From the NCBI GenBank assembly GCA_963768425.1, contig CAVYHV010000017.1, positions 225,552 to 289,551 on the forward strand: a stretch of DNA of 64,000 bases, given 5' to 3'. This document shows, piece by piece, positions 38,051 through 48,350 of this stretch (positions within the stretch are counted from its first letter, which is position 1; every line of letters starts with the position of its first letter). Under the pieces are notes generated by a model that saw only the letters and a list, made by a program, of their open reading frames with translations, was not told where the DNA came from and did not search any database. Origin of the DNA: Candidatus Bathyarchaeota archaeon (GTDB lineage: Archaea; Thermoproteota; Bathyarchaeia; Bathyarchaeales; Bathycorpusculaceae). Both the position numbers and the translations under genes were made by a program.

Positions 38051-40882
38051 TTGGTTACTAAAAATCTTGACAAGATTTTCAGCCCACAAAGCGTCGCAAT
38101 AATTGGAGCCAGCGATGTTGAAGGCTCAGTAGGGTACTTGATAGTCAAGAATTTTACCCAATTGGGATATGCCGGAAAATACTACTTCGTGAACATCCGT
38201 AAACCCGAGATTTTTGGCATAAAAACTTACAAATCAGTCGACCAAATTTCCGAACCCGTCGACTTAGCTATAATCGCGACGCCCGCCAAAACCGTTCAGG
38301 AAGTTATGGAACAATGCGGGAAGGCACAGGTGAAGGGCGCTATTATCGTTTCCGCGGGCTTCAAGGAGACAGGCGCCGAAGGAAGGGAGTTGGAGCGAGC
38401 TATTGGGGAAGTTGCAAAAAAATATGACATCCGAATTGTCGGCCCCAACTGCATCGGAGTAATCCGCCCAAGAATAAATCTGAACGCTTCCTTTCTGGAT
38501 AAGATGCCTAAGCCAGGCAACATTGCATTTATTTCCCAAAGCGGTGCGCTAGGCTCAGCGATTCTAGACTGGGCAAACCATGAAAACATCGGCTTAAGCA
38601 ACTTTGTCTCTGTCGGATCCATGGTTGACGTTGACTTCGGAGATTTGATCGACTATTTTGGTTCTGACCCCAAAACCAAAAGCATCATAATGTACATTGA
38701 AGGGATAACTGACGCTCGAAAATTCATGAGCGCCGCAAGACACTTTTCAAGAACTAAACCCATAATTGTAGTAAAATCAGGCAAATACATTGAAAGCGCA
38801 AGTGCAGCTGCATCTCACACGGGCTCAATAGCAGGGGAAGACGACATCTACGATGCTGCATTCAAACGCGCAGGCATTGTTCGCGTCCAAGAAATAAACG
38901 ACTTGTTTAACGCCGCTCAGGTTTTGGGAACACAACCTTTACCAAAGGGCCGAAATCTTGCCATAATAACAAACGCGGGCGGCGCTGGAGTAATGGCCAC
39001 CGACGCTTTGATTGCTCAAGGCGGTAAACTGGCGAAGCTGAGCGACAAAACGATTGAGGCTCTTAACAGTGTGCTGCCTCCTTTCTGGAGCAAAGGAAAC
39101 CCCATCGACGTTGTCGGGGACGCAATAGCGGATTATTACAAAGCTGCAGTTGGAGTGTGCCTTGACGATGAAACAGTCGACGGGATTTTAATTATTTTTA
39201 CGCAGCAAGCTGGCTCAGAACCAGTCGAGATAGCGAAAAGCATAGTTGACCTCATAAACAGCAGACCATACAAAAACAAAACCATCTTGACGTCTTTCAT
39301 GGGTTTTGACGCGGTGATGCATGCCAACAAAATCTTCAGCGCCAACAACATACCAACTTACCAAACGCCTGACCAAGCCACTAAAACTTACATGTACATG
39401 TATAATTATCAACGCAATCTTGAGCTTCTATATGAAACGCCTGAAGAGCTACCTCTTGACGCTTCACCACCTAAACGGCCCGTCATGGCAATAATCAGAA
39501 ATGCAGCCTTCAACAACCGAGAAATATTAACCGATGAAGAAGCCGAAAGCATACTCAAGTACTACAATTTCCCAATCCTAAAAAACTTGGTTGCCCACAA
39601 CGCCGACGAAGCCGTTTCACACGCACAGGAACTTGGGTTCCCCGCTGTTCTAAAGATTCTTTCACCTCAAATCGCCAGCAAAAAAGCTGCAGGCGGAGTC
39701 GTCTTGAACGTGAACTCGACGGGAGAGGTTCGGGAAGCCTACCAAAGCCTTATTCAAAGGGCTACCGCGTCCAAACCTAACGCGCAGATAACCGGCGTTA
39801 TTATTCAGCATATGATTGAGGAAAAAGGGTACGAACTCATAATCGGAGGCAAAACCGACCCCGTCTTCGGACCCGTAATCCTATTCGGCATGGCGGGACC
39901 AGGCATGGACCTCTTTAAAGACTACTCCATCGGGCTGCCCCCGCTTAACATTACCCTTGTCCGCCGCATGATGGAAGAAACCAAGGTTTACAAGCTACTG
40001 AAAGGCTACCGAAACACGCCCCCAGTCGACATCAAAAAAGTCATAGAAACCCTCCTTCTCTTCTCCAAGCTACTTGTAGATTTTCCTCAGATAAAAGAAA
40101 TCAGCATCAACCCGCTACTAGTAAGCGAGAAAGGAGCCTACATCCTAGATGCCCGCATCGCCATCAACAAAGATGAAGTCTGCAAAAAATTTGATCCGCA
40201 CGAGCGCATGGTGATTAGTCCGTACCCAAAAAAATACGAGACAATTTGGTCTCTTAAAGGCGGGGAAGAGGTGCTGCTTAGACCCATAAAACCTGAAGAT
40301 GAACCGTTGTGGCTGGACATGTTCCAAGGGTTCTCTGAGGAATCAATACGTTACAGGTTCTTTGAGATACTAAGAGACACACCGCATGAAGTGGTGGTAC
40401 GCTACTGTAATGTAGACTACGACCGTGAAATAGCCATAGTTGCTGAACTTGTGAAAAGCCCACAAAGAAAAATCCTCGGCGTTGCCCGTGTAAGCATAGA
40501 GTCCGACGGGAAAAACGGCGAAGTCGCATTCATCGTACGCGACCAATTCCAATGTTTAGGGTTAGGCACCAAACTGGTGGATTACGTGCTTGACATAGCC
40601 AAAGAGAAAGGGTTAGAAGAGATTTACGCTATTGTGCTTCCTGACAATGCAAGGGCAATGGATCTCATGAAGAAAATGGGGTTCATCTTCGAATACCTCG
40701 GCGACGGAACAGCCAGAGGAACATTGAACCTAAAAAACGAAGAGTTCGACAACATTTGCAGTTCTCAACTGAATAGCCAGGAAAAAATCGAAACCACACA
40801 AACTCAAGAGCCACAGGAGCAGGCAAACAAGAAAAAAAGTAAAGCAGCCGCAATTAACCATACTCAAAGTATCCCCGTCTGA
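38051..40882 (+). CDS. Acetate--CoA ligase (ADP-forming) family / GNAT fusion (Pat-like)
   Basis: CoA-binding GAS, GPNC, SQSGA, SHTG; ATP-grasp DPVFGP; C-terminal GNAT (LRPIKPEDE, QCLGLGTKL). Confidence 0.9.
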   Translation: MVTKNLDKIFSPQSVAIIGASDVEGSVGYLIVKNFTQLGYAGKYYFVNIRKPEIFGIKTYKSVDQISEPVDLAIIATPAKTVQEVMEQCGKAQVKGAIIVSAGFKETGAEGRELERAIGEVAKKYDIRIVGPNCIGVIRPRINLNASFLDKMPKPGNIAFISQSGALGSAILDWANHENIGLSNFVSVGSMVDVDFGDLIDYFGSDPKTKSIIMYIEGITDARKFMSAARHFSRTKPIIVVKSGKYIESASAAASHTGSIAGEDDIYDAAFKRAGIVRVQEINDLFNAAQVLGTQPLPKGRNLAIITNAGGAGVMATDALIAQGGKLAKLSDKTIEALNSVLPPFWSKGNPIDVVGDAIADYYKAAVGVCLDDETVDGILIIFTQQAGSEPVEIAKSIVDLINSRPYKNKTILTSFMGFDAVMHANKIFSANNIPTYQTPDQATKTYMYMYNYQRNLELLYETPEELPLDASPPKRPVMAIIRNAAFNNREILTDEEAESILKYYNFPILKNLVAHNADEAVSHAQELGFPAVLKILSPQIASKKAAGGVVLNVNSTGEVREAYQSLIQRATASKPNAQITGVIIQHMIEEKGYELIIGGKTDPVFGPVILFGMAGPGMDLFKDYSIGLPPLNITLVRRMMEETKVYKLLKGYRNTPPVDIKKVIETLLLFSKLLVDFPQIKEISINPLLVSEKGAYILDARIAINKDEVCKKFDPHERMVISPYPKKYETIWSLKGGEEVLLRPIKPEDEPLWLDMFQGFSEESIRYRFFEILRDTPHEVVVRYCNVDYDREIAIVAELVKSPQRKILGVARVSIESDGKNGEVAFIVRDQFQCLGLGTKLVDYVLDIAKEKGLEEIYAIVLPDNARAMDLMKKMGFIFEYLGDGTARGTLNLKNEEFDNICSSQLNSQEKIETTQTQEPQEQANKKKSKAAAINHTQSIPV

Positions 40883-40932
40883 TTCGAAACAAAAGAAAAA
40901 GGTTTTAGAAACAAAAGAGAGCTAAGAAGAAA

Positions 40933-42891
40933 TTATTTGGCGAGCTGCTTTCGCAGTTCGTTGTATGTTGCTTTTATGTCTTCGATCGATCCTTCGTCTT
41001 CGATTGTCGATGTGTCGCCTAGAGGTGCACCAGTTAGAACGGCTTTGAGTAGTCTGCGCATAATCTTGCCGCTTCGGGTTTTCGGCATCTTGTTAACGAA
41101 TACGATTGCGTCTGGTGTAGCAATGGGTCCGATTGTGGTTCTGATTTGCTTTATGAGTTCAGTGCGAAGTTCGTCAGATGGATTGAAGCCGCTGCGCAGA
41201 ACGACGAATGCTACTGGAACTTCTCCTTTGACAGCATCTTCTTTTCCCATGACTGCTGCTTCTGAAACTGCTGGATGAGCAACTAATGCGCTTTCGAGCT
41301 CGACGGTGCCGATTCTGTGTCCTGCTACTTTGAGGACTTCGTCAGATCTGCCTAAGAGCCAGAAGTACCCGTCTGGGTCGCGGACTGCGTAGTCGCCTGA
41401 GAAGTATATTCCGGGCCATCGTCCATAGTATGTTTGCTTGAAGCGGTCAGGGTCTTTCCAGATTGTCTGCAGCATACCTGGCCAAGGTGACTTGAGTACC
41501 AGCACTCCTTTGGTGCCTTGCTGCACTGGCTGTCCTTTCTCGTCGTAGATGTCTGCGTTGACTGACGGCATTGGAAGGGTTGCGCTGCCTGGTTTTAGAG
41601 GTGTTAGTTCGATGCCAGAGGCTGGCGAAATCATGAATCCGCCTGTTTCAGTTTGCCACCAGGTGTCGATTATGGGGAGTTTTTCTTTGCCGATGACGCG
41701 GTAGTACCATTTCCATGCTTCGGGGTTTATAGGTTCGCCAACTGAGCCAAGGATGCGCAGAGTGCTTAGATCATGTTTTAGAACGAGGTCTTCGCCGAAC
41801 TTCATGAACATTCGCACAGCTGTCGGTGTGCCATAGAGGATGGTTATGCCATGTCTTTCGATCATTTCCCACCAGCGGTCTTGCCCTGGGTAATCAGGTG
41901 TGCCTTCGAATAGGAACGCGGTTATTCCCAAGCTTAACGGTGCGTAGACGTTGTATGTGTGTCCTGTGATCCAGCCGATGTCTGCGACACACCAGTAAAT
42001 GTCTTCGTCATTCGGGTTAAAAGCCCATTTTAATGTCCAGTAAGCCCAAACCAGGTATCCGCCTATGCCGTGCTGGACACCCTTTGGTTTGCCTGTGGTT
42101 CCCGAGGTGTACAGAATGAACAATGGATCAGTAGATTTCATGCTTTCTGGTTCCACGTAGGCGTTTGCGCCTGCGTTTGCGAGAGCATCATGGTACCATA
42201 TGTCTCTGCCTTCCTTCATCTGGACAGGTTGACATGTACGTTTTACAACGATGATTTTTTCGATGTTGGGCATAATTGGCGTAGCGCGGTCGGCGTTGTC
42301 TTTGATACCGACTGGTTTTCCTCTTCGGAAGGAGCCGTCTGCTGTGATTAGGATTTTTGCTCCGCAGTCGTTGACTCTATCTGCCAATGCTTCAGCGCTG
42401 AATCCTGAAAAGACTACGGTATGGACTCCGCCAATTCGGGCTGTTGCCAGCAGCGCCATTGGCAGCTCTGGGATGACAGGGAGAAAGACAGCGACGCGGT
42501 CGCCTTTTTTGACGCCGAGGTTTTTGAGTGCCTTTGCAAGCTTGTTTACTTCTCTGTAAAGTTGATAGTAAGTGTAAGTTTTTACCTCGCCCATTTCGCC
42601 TTCCCAAATGTAGGCAAGTTTGTTCTTGCGGTTGCTTTTTATGTGCCTGTCCAAAGCGTTATAGCAAATGTTTAGTTCCCCATCTGGGAACCACTTGTAA
42701 AACGGCGGGTTCGAATCATCAAGCGTTTTACTGAAGGGCTTAAACCAATCAATGGCTTTAGCTTTCTCCGCCCAGTATTCTTGTGGATTCTTCATCGCTC
42801 TTTCTGATTCTTGTTTTCTTTTTTCTCCATTGGAAAATTTTGCGATACTTGGACTATACCTTTCATCGAAGGGTAAATTAGATTCTGACAT
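40933..42891 (-). CDS. acs: Acetyl-CoA synthetase (AMP-forming)
   Basis: YTSGTTGKPKG, DTWWQTETGG, PKTRSGKIMRR. Confidence 0.96.
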   Translation of the reverse strand: MSESNLPFDERYSPSIAKFSNGEKRKQESERAMKNPQEYWAEKAKAIDWFKPFSKTLDDSNPPFYKWFPDGELNICYNALDRHIKSNRKNKLAYIWEGEMGEVKTYTYYQLYREVNKLAKALKNLGVKKGDRVAVFLPVIPELPMALLATARIGGVHTVVFSGFSAEALADRVNDCGAKILITADGSFRRGKPVGIKDNADRATPIMPNIEKIIVVKRTCQPVQMKEGRDIWYHDALANAGANAYVEPESMKSTDPLFILYTSGTTGKPKGVQHGIGGYLVWAYWTLKWAFNPNDEDIYWCVADIGWITGHTYNVYAPLSLGITAFLFEGTPDYPGQDRWWEMIERHGITILYGTPTAVRMFMKFGEDLVLKHDLSTLRILGSVGEPINPEAWKWYYRVIGKEKLPIIDTWWQTETGGFMISPASGIELTPLKPGSATLPMPSVNADIYDEKGQPVQQGTKGVLVLKSPWPGMLQTIWKDPDRFKQTYYGRWPGIYFSGDYAVRDPDGYFWLLGRSDEVLKVAGHRIGTVELESALVAHPAVSEAAVMGKEDAVKGEVPVAFVVLRSGFNPSDELRTELIKQIRTTIGPIATPDAIVFVNKMPKTRSGKIMRRLLKAVLTGAPLGDTSTIEDEGSIEDIKATYNELRKQLAK

Positions 42892-42984
42892 CTCGCTCAA
42901 CCTGAATTGTTTGGAATGGTAAGCCTCAGAGAATATAAGTTTTTCAGTTGTTTTATTGAAAAACAAAAAAAGAAGTTGGGTTTT

Positions 42985-43585
42985 TTAGGGGGTTGGGAAA
43001 ATTGGCAGGATGGTTTTTTGGTGCGATTCGTTCAGGACCTCGGCCACTCCAAGGTAAACTGCGCTTAGACCGCATATGACGCCTTCAATACCTACGAATG
43101 TGTTGAATGTTATGGTTCCAGTTTGACCAAAGTTGTTAGTTAATTCTCTTATTGCTAGCATGAATGAATAGTATAGTTAAGCTTCCGAATACGAATTGCA
43201 AAGCGCGATTAGCTTTTAGTGTGCCAAAGAACATTGCGAACGTGAAGATACCCCACATTATGAAGTATGCTGCTAATGAAGATGCGGACGGCGCAAAGCT
43301 AGCGAATTCAGGAAACTTGGGCAAAAGCAGAATCATCACGAGACTCCACCAGAACAAGCCATAAGACAGAAAAGCCACTGTGCCGAAGGTGTTACCTTTT
43401 TTGAACTCCATTGCGCCAACTACAATTTGTGCTATTCCCCCGTAGGCGATGCCCATAGCTAAAACCACGGTGTCTAACGGAATAGCACCCGCGTTAACTA
43501 AGTTAAGAAGAACTGTTGTTATGCCGAAGCCCAGAAGCCCAAGCGGGGCGGGGTTTGCGAGTTTAGTTAAGTGTTCGTTGCTCAT
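42985..43585 (-). CDS. satP: Acetate/succinate permease (SatP/GPR1/FUN34/YaaH); 1-bp insertion near 43165
   Basis: [12 protein letters not shown] signature. The shifted frame continues FMLAIRE...[22 protein letters not shown]...ILPIFPTP*. Confidence 0.9.
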
Positions 43586-43800
43586 TTGAAATCCTCAAAT
43601 TAAGGTATTACCCCTTGCATTTGTTTCTTTATTATAAAAGCTTTTTGAAATTAATGACAAGGTCTGGTGCGAGAACATGCTCGAATGAATGGTTTGCTGT
43701 TTCTTGTGCGAAAAATACCTGCGAAAAGGTGAAAAATTGAGGCGAAGACTAATATCTCTGCGAGGGCGATTAACGTATAAAATCTGAAGAGAAAGGTAAC

Positions 43801-44007
43801 ATGGTATATTGTCCTGAATGCGGCGGCGAAATGCATTACGAGATAGGGACTAAGCACTATATCTGTAAAAGCTGCGGGTTATCAGTTACGCAGCAAGAAC
43901 TTAACGATCTAAGGGATAAGAACAGACCTGCTGAAGAAACGGAAGAAGAACAAAAACAAAACCGCAGAAAAGAATATCTCAATTGGTATCTTAGCAAGAA
44001 AAAATAA
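43801..44007 (+). CDS. Small CPxCG zinc-ribbon protein
   Basis: CPECGG...CKSCG...EYLNWYLSKK. Confidence 0.8.
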   Translation: MVYCPECGGEMHYEIGTKHYICKSCGLSVTQQELNDLRDKNRPAEETEEEQKQNRRKEYLNWYLSKKK

Positions 44008-44059
44008 AGCCGCACAACTTTAAGAGATTTACACGTTTCGTTAGCAAACACTATAAAAT

Positions 44060-44911
44060 GTGCTTTTTCAATTATTTTGCTGTCGAGTGAAGACTATGAC
44101 TGTGGAACTGGAGATAATTTGCGTTGGCAACGAGTTACTTATCGGCAAAGTAATTAACACAAACGCTTATTGGCTTGGCAAGCAGGCAACAAATCTTGGA
44201 GTTAACGTAAAACGGATAACGGTGGTGCAAGATATTGTTGATGAAATAGCCAAAGCTGTTCGCGAAGTCATGGAGAGAAAACCCCAGTTTATAATTACTA
44301 CAGGCGGATTAGGCCCAACTTTTGACGACAAAACTTTGCAAGGCGTAGCTAAAGCGTTTGACCGAAAATTGGAAGTCAACGAGAAAGCCTTAGCAATAGT
44401 CAAAACGAAATACGTTGAATACGTCAAAAAAAGAAACCTGCCTCAAAGCGAGATGACACCTGCCCGAGTTAAAATGGCGACTCTGCCAGAAAAAACCGAG
44501 CCAATCAACAATCCAGTCGGCACCGCGCCTGGCGTGCGTTTGGATTCGGATGGAACGGTTTTGTTTGCGTTGCCTGGTGTGCCGTCAGAGATGGAAGCGA
44601 TTTTTACCCAGACCATAGCGCCGCTGCTCAAAGAAGCCGTGGGCGACAGGGTATTTTGTGAAAAAAGCATGTTTCTAGAAGATATCATGGAGTCGCAGTT
44701 GGCGCCTCTAATTGATAAAGTGATGAGTGCCAATGAAGGGGTTTACATTAAGTCGCATCCAATGGGTGCCGAGAATAAGCCGCACATCGAAATCCACTTG
44801 ACCGCCGCGGCAAAACAGGAAGAAAAACCCATGGAAATGCTGACGAAAGCGATGGGTCAGCTTGCCGGTTTGGTTGAAGAGAACGGCGGAAAAGCCGTCT
44901 TTGAAAAATAG
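44060..44911 (+). CDS. CinA N-terminal-like molybdopterin-binding domain protein
   Basis: GNELLIG, NTNA, TGGLGPTFDD, NPVGTAPG, LPGVPSEM. Confidence 0.88.
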   Translation: MLFQLFCCRVKTMTVELEIICVGNELLIGKVINTNAYWLGKQATNLGVNVKRITVVQDIVDEIAKAVREVMERKPQFIITTGGLGPTFDDKTLQGVAKAFDRKLEVNEKALAIVKTKYVEYVKKRNLPQSEMTPARVKMATLPEKTEPINNPVGTAPGVRLDSDGTVLFALPGVPSEMEAIFTQTIAPLLKEAVGDRVFCEKSMFLEDIMESQLAPLIDKVMSANEGVYIKSHPMGAENKPHIEIHLTAAAKQEEKPMEMLTKAMGQLAGLVEENGGKAVFEK

Positions 44912-44942
44912 TTTCGACAAAATGAAAAGTGTGGTTTCTGGT

Positions 44943-46122
44943 TTACGCTTTTTTGGCGTTTTCCAGTTCTTTTTTGAGGACGTCGACTTTGTCGGTTTTT
45001 TCCCATGTGAAGTCTGGTTCTTCTCTTCCGAAGTGCCCGAAACACGCGGTTTTCTTGTAGATGGGTCTTAGCAGATTCAGTTGTTCGATGATTGCTTTAG
45101 GCCTCATGTCGAAGTACTTTTTGCACTAACTCGAGAATCTTTGCGTCAGGCAGCTTCCCTGTTTCGTAGGTGTTTACCAGCACTGAGATTGGTTGGGCGA
45201 CGCCGATGGCGTATGAGATTTGGATTTCGCATTGGTCAGCTAACCCTGCTGCAACGATGTTTTTCGCTATGTACCTTGCCATGTAGCAGCCTGAACGGTC
45301 AACTTTCGAGGGGTCTTTGCCGCTGAAGCATCCGCCTCCGTGGCTTCCAACTCCGCCGTAGGTGTCGACGATGATTTTTCTTCCCGTTAAACCTGAATCA
45401 GCCAAGGTTCCGCCGATGACGAATCTTCCTGTGCCGTTGATTACGTAGTTTGCGTCTTCAGCCAGCATATCGGCGGGAATAACGTTCTTGATGACTTTTT
45501 CAATGATTTCCTTCTTGAGAGTCGCATCGTCAAGTGCGCCGTTGTTTTGTGCGGCGATAACTACGGTTTTTACGCATTTCGGTTTGCCATTCACGTATTC
45601 CACGGTGACTTGAGATTTGCAGTCTGGACGGAGACATGGAATAAGCTTTGTCTTTCTGCATTCCGCTAAACGCTTAACGAGTTTATGCGCCAGCATAATG
45701 GGCAGGGGCATAAGCTCTTTTGTCTCGTTTGTTGCGTAGCCGAAAACCATGCCTTGGTCGCCTGCGCCTTGCTCATGACCTTTAGATTCGTCGACGCCTC
45801 GGGCGATGTCGGGAGACTGCGCCGTCAAAGAAACCAAGATGCCGCAGGTTTCCCAGTCTAAGCCGTCTTTGGCGTTGTCAAACCCGATTTCTTTTAGGGT
45901 TTGGCGGACGATTTTTGGGATGTCAACGTAGGTGCAAGTGGTGATTTGACCTGTAATCATTACGGTGCCTTGCATAACGAGGGTTTCGCAGTCAACTCTT
46001 GCCTTGGGGTCATTCGTGAATATTGCGTCTAGGACGCTGTCGGATATTTGGTCTGACACCTTGTCTGGGTGGCCTTCGCCAACAGACTCTGAAGTGAATA
46101 AATATTTTCCGTTTATTCTCAT
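44943..46122 (-). CDS. metK: S-adenosylmethionine synthetase, bacterial/eukaryotic type; extra A in a homopolymer near 45120
   Basis: [28 protein letters not shown]. The shifted frame continues [10 protein letters not shown]...[12 protein letters not shown]...WEKTD. Confidence 0.93.
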
Positions 46123-46282
46123 GGGAATCTTGTTCCATCCAAGTTGTTGTTGGAACATAAGATACTTGCCGTTTTTCTTAAAAATCTTTCTACACGATAA
46201 CCATCTTGGAAACGAACTTGGACATGTGTCTGTGCAAAAAACATTTTTAACCCCAACTCCGCACAACAACAAGAGGTATAAG

Positions 46283-46660
46283 ATGAAAGAAACAGTGTTC
46301 AGTGCAAAAGCTCCAAAACCCGTAGGGCCATACAGCCAAGGAGTGAAGGCGGGTAATTTGTTTTTTGTTTCGGGGCAGCTGGCGATCGACCCAAACGAAG
46401 ACAAGATAGTTGCTGGAGACATCGCGTCGCAGACAAAACAGGTTATGGAGAACATAAAAGCTATTTTGGAAGCCGCAGACTACGCCATGAAAGATGTTGT
46501 TTCAACAACCGTTTATCTTTCGTCCATGACGCTTTTCAGCCAATTTAACGCTGAATACGCAAAGTATTTTGAAGGCGATTTTCCCGCCCGCGCAACGGTT
46601 GCCTGCGAATTGAAAGCAGGCGCGCTTGTTGAGGTTTCAGCTGTAGCTTGCCGAAGCTAG
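46283..46660 (+). CDS. ridA: RidA/YjgF/UK114 family imine deaminase
   Basis: [29 protein letters not shown]. Confidence 0.9.
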   Translation: MKETVFSAKAPKPVGPYSQGVKAGNLFFVSGQLAIDPNEDKIVAGDIASQTKQVMENIKAILEAADYAMKDVVSTTVYLSSMTLFSQFNAEYAKYFEGDFPARATVACELKAGALVEVSAVACRS

Positions 46661-46712
46661 CTGTCTAAGCTTTGACAAATTATAAAAACCTAAGACACGA
46701 TATGTTAGGGTA

Positions 46713-47348
46713 GTGCAAGAAATGCCTGAGTCGTTAAAGAAATTCATACAGGAAATTGCTGGAAAAAAGGCTCCGGGGCCATCCACAACCTTCACTGTCT
46801 TCCATGTTTTCTACGCGTTGGAGCTAATGGCGCAGAAGCCTCTGGGTAGAAACACGTTAGCCAAGAAACTGTGCGTTGGCGACGGAGCTGTTCGCACGAT
46901 AATAAGCAGGCTCAGAAACGCCGGCCTAATTGAAACAAGTAAAGGCGGCTGCAACCTAACAGAAAAAGGCTTAGAGACGTGGCGGCGGTTTGAAGAGGTT
47001 TTTCCTAAACGGGTTGAAATCCCCAAGTCTGAGCTGAGCCAATCCGAGTTTAATTTTGCTTTTTTGGTTAAAGGCAGCGGAGACAAGATCAAGTCGGGAA
47101 TCGATCAGCGGGACGCCGCTATTATTGGTGGTGCCCGAAAAGCTTTGGTTACCATTTTCAAGGATGGCCACCTGCAGATTCATTCGGTTAGCGACTGTAT
47201 AGAGAAAGCTTATCCGAAAGCGGCGGCGTGGATTTTGGAGCATTTGACGCCTCAAGACAACGACGTCATAATCATAGCTGGAGCCGATTCGGAACTGAAA
47301 GCGAAGAGGGGAGCGTTCGCTGCAGGCTGGACCCTGCTTCCCGCCTGA
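46713..47348 (+). CDS. Archaeal wHTH protein, DUF4443-like
   Basis: GRNTLAKKLCVGDGAVRT; GIDQRDAAI. Confidence 0.7.
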   Translation: MQEMPESLKKFIQEIAGKKAPGPSTTFTVFHVFYALELMAQKPLGRNTLAKKLCVGDGAVRTIISRLRNAGLIETSKGGCNLTEKGLETWRRFEEVFPKRVEIPKSELSQSEFNFAFLVKGSGDKIKSGIDQRDAAIIGGARKALVTIFKDGHLQIHSVSDCIEKAYPKAAAWILEHLTPQDNDVIIIAGADSELKAKRGAFAAGWTLLPA

Positions 47349-47350
47349 TC

Positions 47351-48112
47351 TTATGTAGTGTATTTTTCGCCTTCGTTAAGTATCCTCTCGAGCGTCGTGT
47401 TAATGTTGGTCATGCCCTCGTTTGTCTTGGAGGAAACAGGCATCAGAAGAAAAGTCAAGCCGAGCCTGCTAATTGCCTGCATCATGTTGCGGCTGAAGAG
47501 GCGTTTTGTCCCCTCCAGCTTCTCCTCAATCGCGTCTTCCAGCGCCCGTGGGTTCGCTGACCAGGAAGCAATCGACTGCACATCCTTCTTAGGAAGCAAA
47601 TCAGTTTTCGAGAGCACATGCAGCTGTGGATGGAAGAATCGGTTGTAAACTGCGGCGGCGAGAAACATGTTTGAAACATAATTCATCGGGTTAATCGAGA
47701 ACACCGCGTCAAAGAGGTAAATCAACGCTTTCGGTTCCCGAGTTAACTCATCAACAATGTACGGTCCACTTGCGCGGAAAGCAAACAGCTCCATCTGGCC
47801 AGGAGTATCCACCAACACGATGTCAGCATGTACCTCTTCGATGTCGCGGTTCAGGTTCTGGATTTCGTCCGCGATCAAATCCGCCGCCATAATCAACGCC
47901 CCGTTGGGTCCTAACCCATATTTCTCCATCAAATCGCCTACATCTACATAGTTTCGCACATCCACGTCAGGTTGATAAGGAAGCTTCAGCGCTCCAGGAT
48001 CCAAGTTGACCACAGCCACATCCTGCTTTGACATTTTTAGCCATTCACTAAAAGCCGCTGTAAACAAGGATTTGCCAGAGCCGGCAGTTCCAATAATAAA
48101 CGCAAGAGGCAC
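47351..48112 (-). CDS. GPN-loop GTPase
   Basis: GTAGSGKS, NLDPG, GLGPNG, DTPGQME. Confidence 0.93.
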   Translation of the reverse strand: MPLAFIIGTAGSGKSLFTAAFSEWLKMSKQDVAVVNLDPGALKLPYQPDVDVRNYVDVGDLMEKYGLGPNGALIMAADLIADEIQNLNRDIEEVHADIVLVDTPGQMELFAFRASGPYIVDELTREPKALIYLFDAVFSINPMNYVSNMFLAAAVYNRFFHPQLHVLSKTDLLPKKDVQSIASWSANPRALEDAIEEKLEGTKRLFSRNMMQAISRLGLTFLLMPVSSKTNEGMTNINTTLERILNEGEKYTT

Positions 48113-48270
48113 CTTTCAAATCTCCGTCCACGAGTGAAGCAACTCTAAAAGTAATAACCTTTCCCTAAACGGCAGATGCGCTGTTCTTGAGTTTGGCGCA
48201 CCGCAATTTTTTGTTCTTTATGTTTTGAGTTGCTTTTTTGAAACAGGATCCAAATCAGACCCAGCATCCG

Positions 48271-48350
48271 TCCTTAAAAGTCCATTACCGTCCTTTGGCG
48301 TCCTTTACCGTCAATTACCGTTCTTTACCGTCCCCTACCGTCCTTTAACG
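48271..48350. repeat. 8x degenerate 10-bp tandem repeat, consensus TCCTTTACCG
   Basis: tccttaaaag tccattaccg tcctttggcg tcctttaccg tcaattaccg ttctttaccg tcccctaccg tcctttaacg. Confidence 0.85.

Noticed and set aside
45965-46455. Long mutually overlapping N-terminal extensions of metK and ridA
   Set aside because: Family homology starts at 46122 (metK) and 46283 (ridA); the extensions are open-frame run-ons.
48271-48350. Possible CRISPR array
   Set aside because: 10-bp units with no spacers and no cas genes; the 13-bp repeat at 16316 fails the same test.
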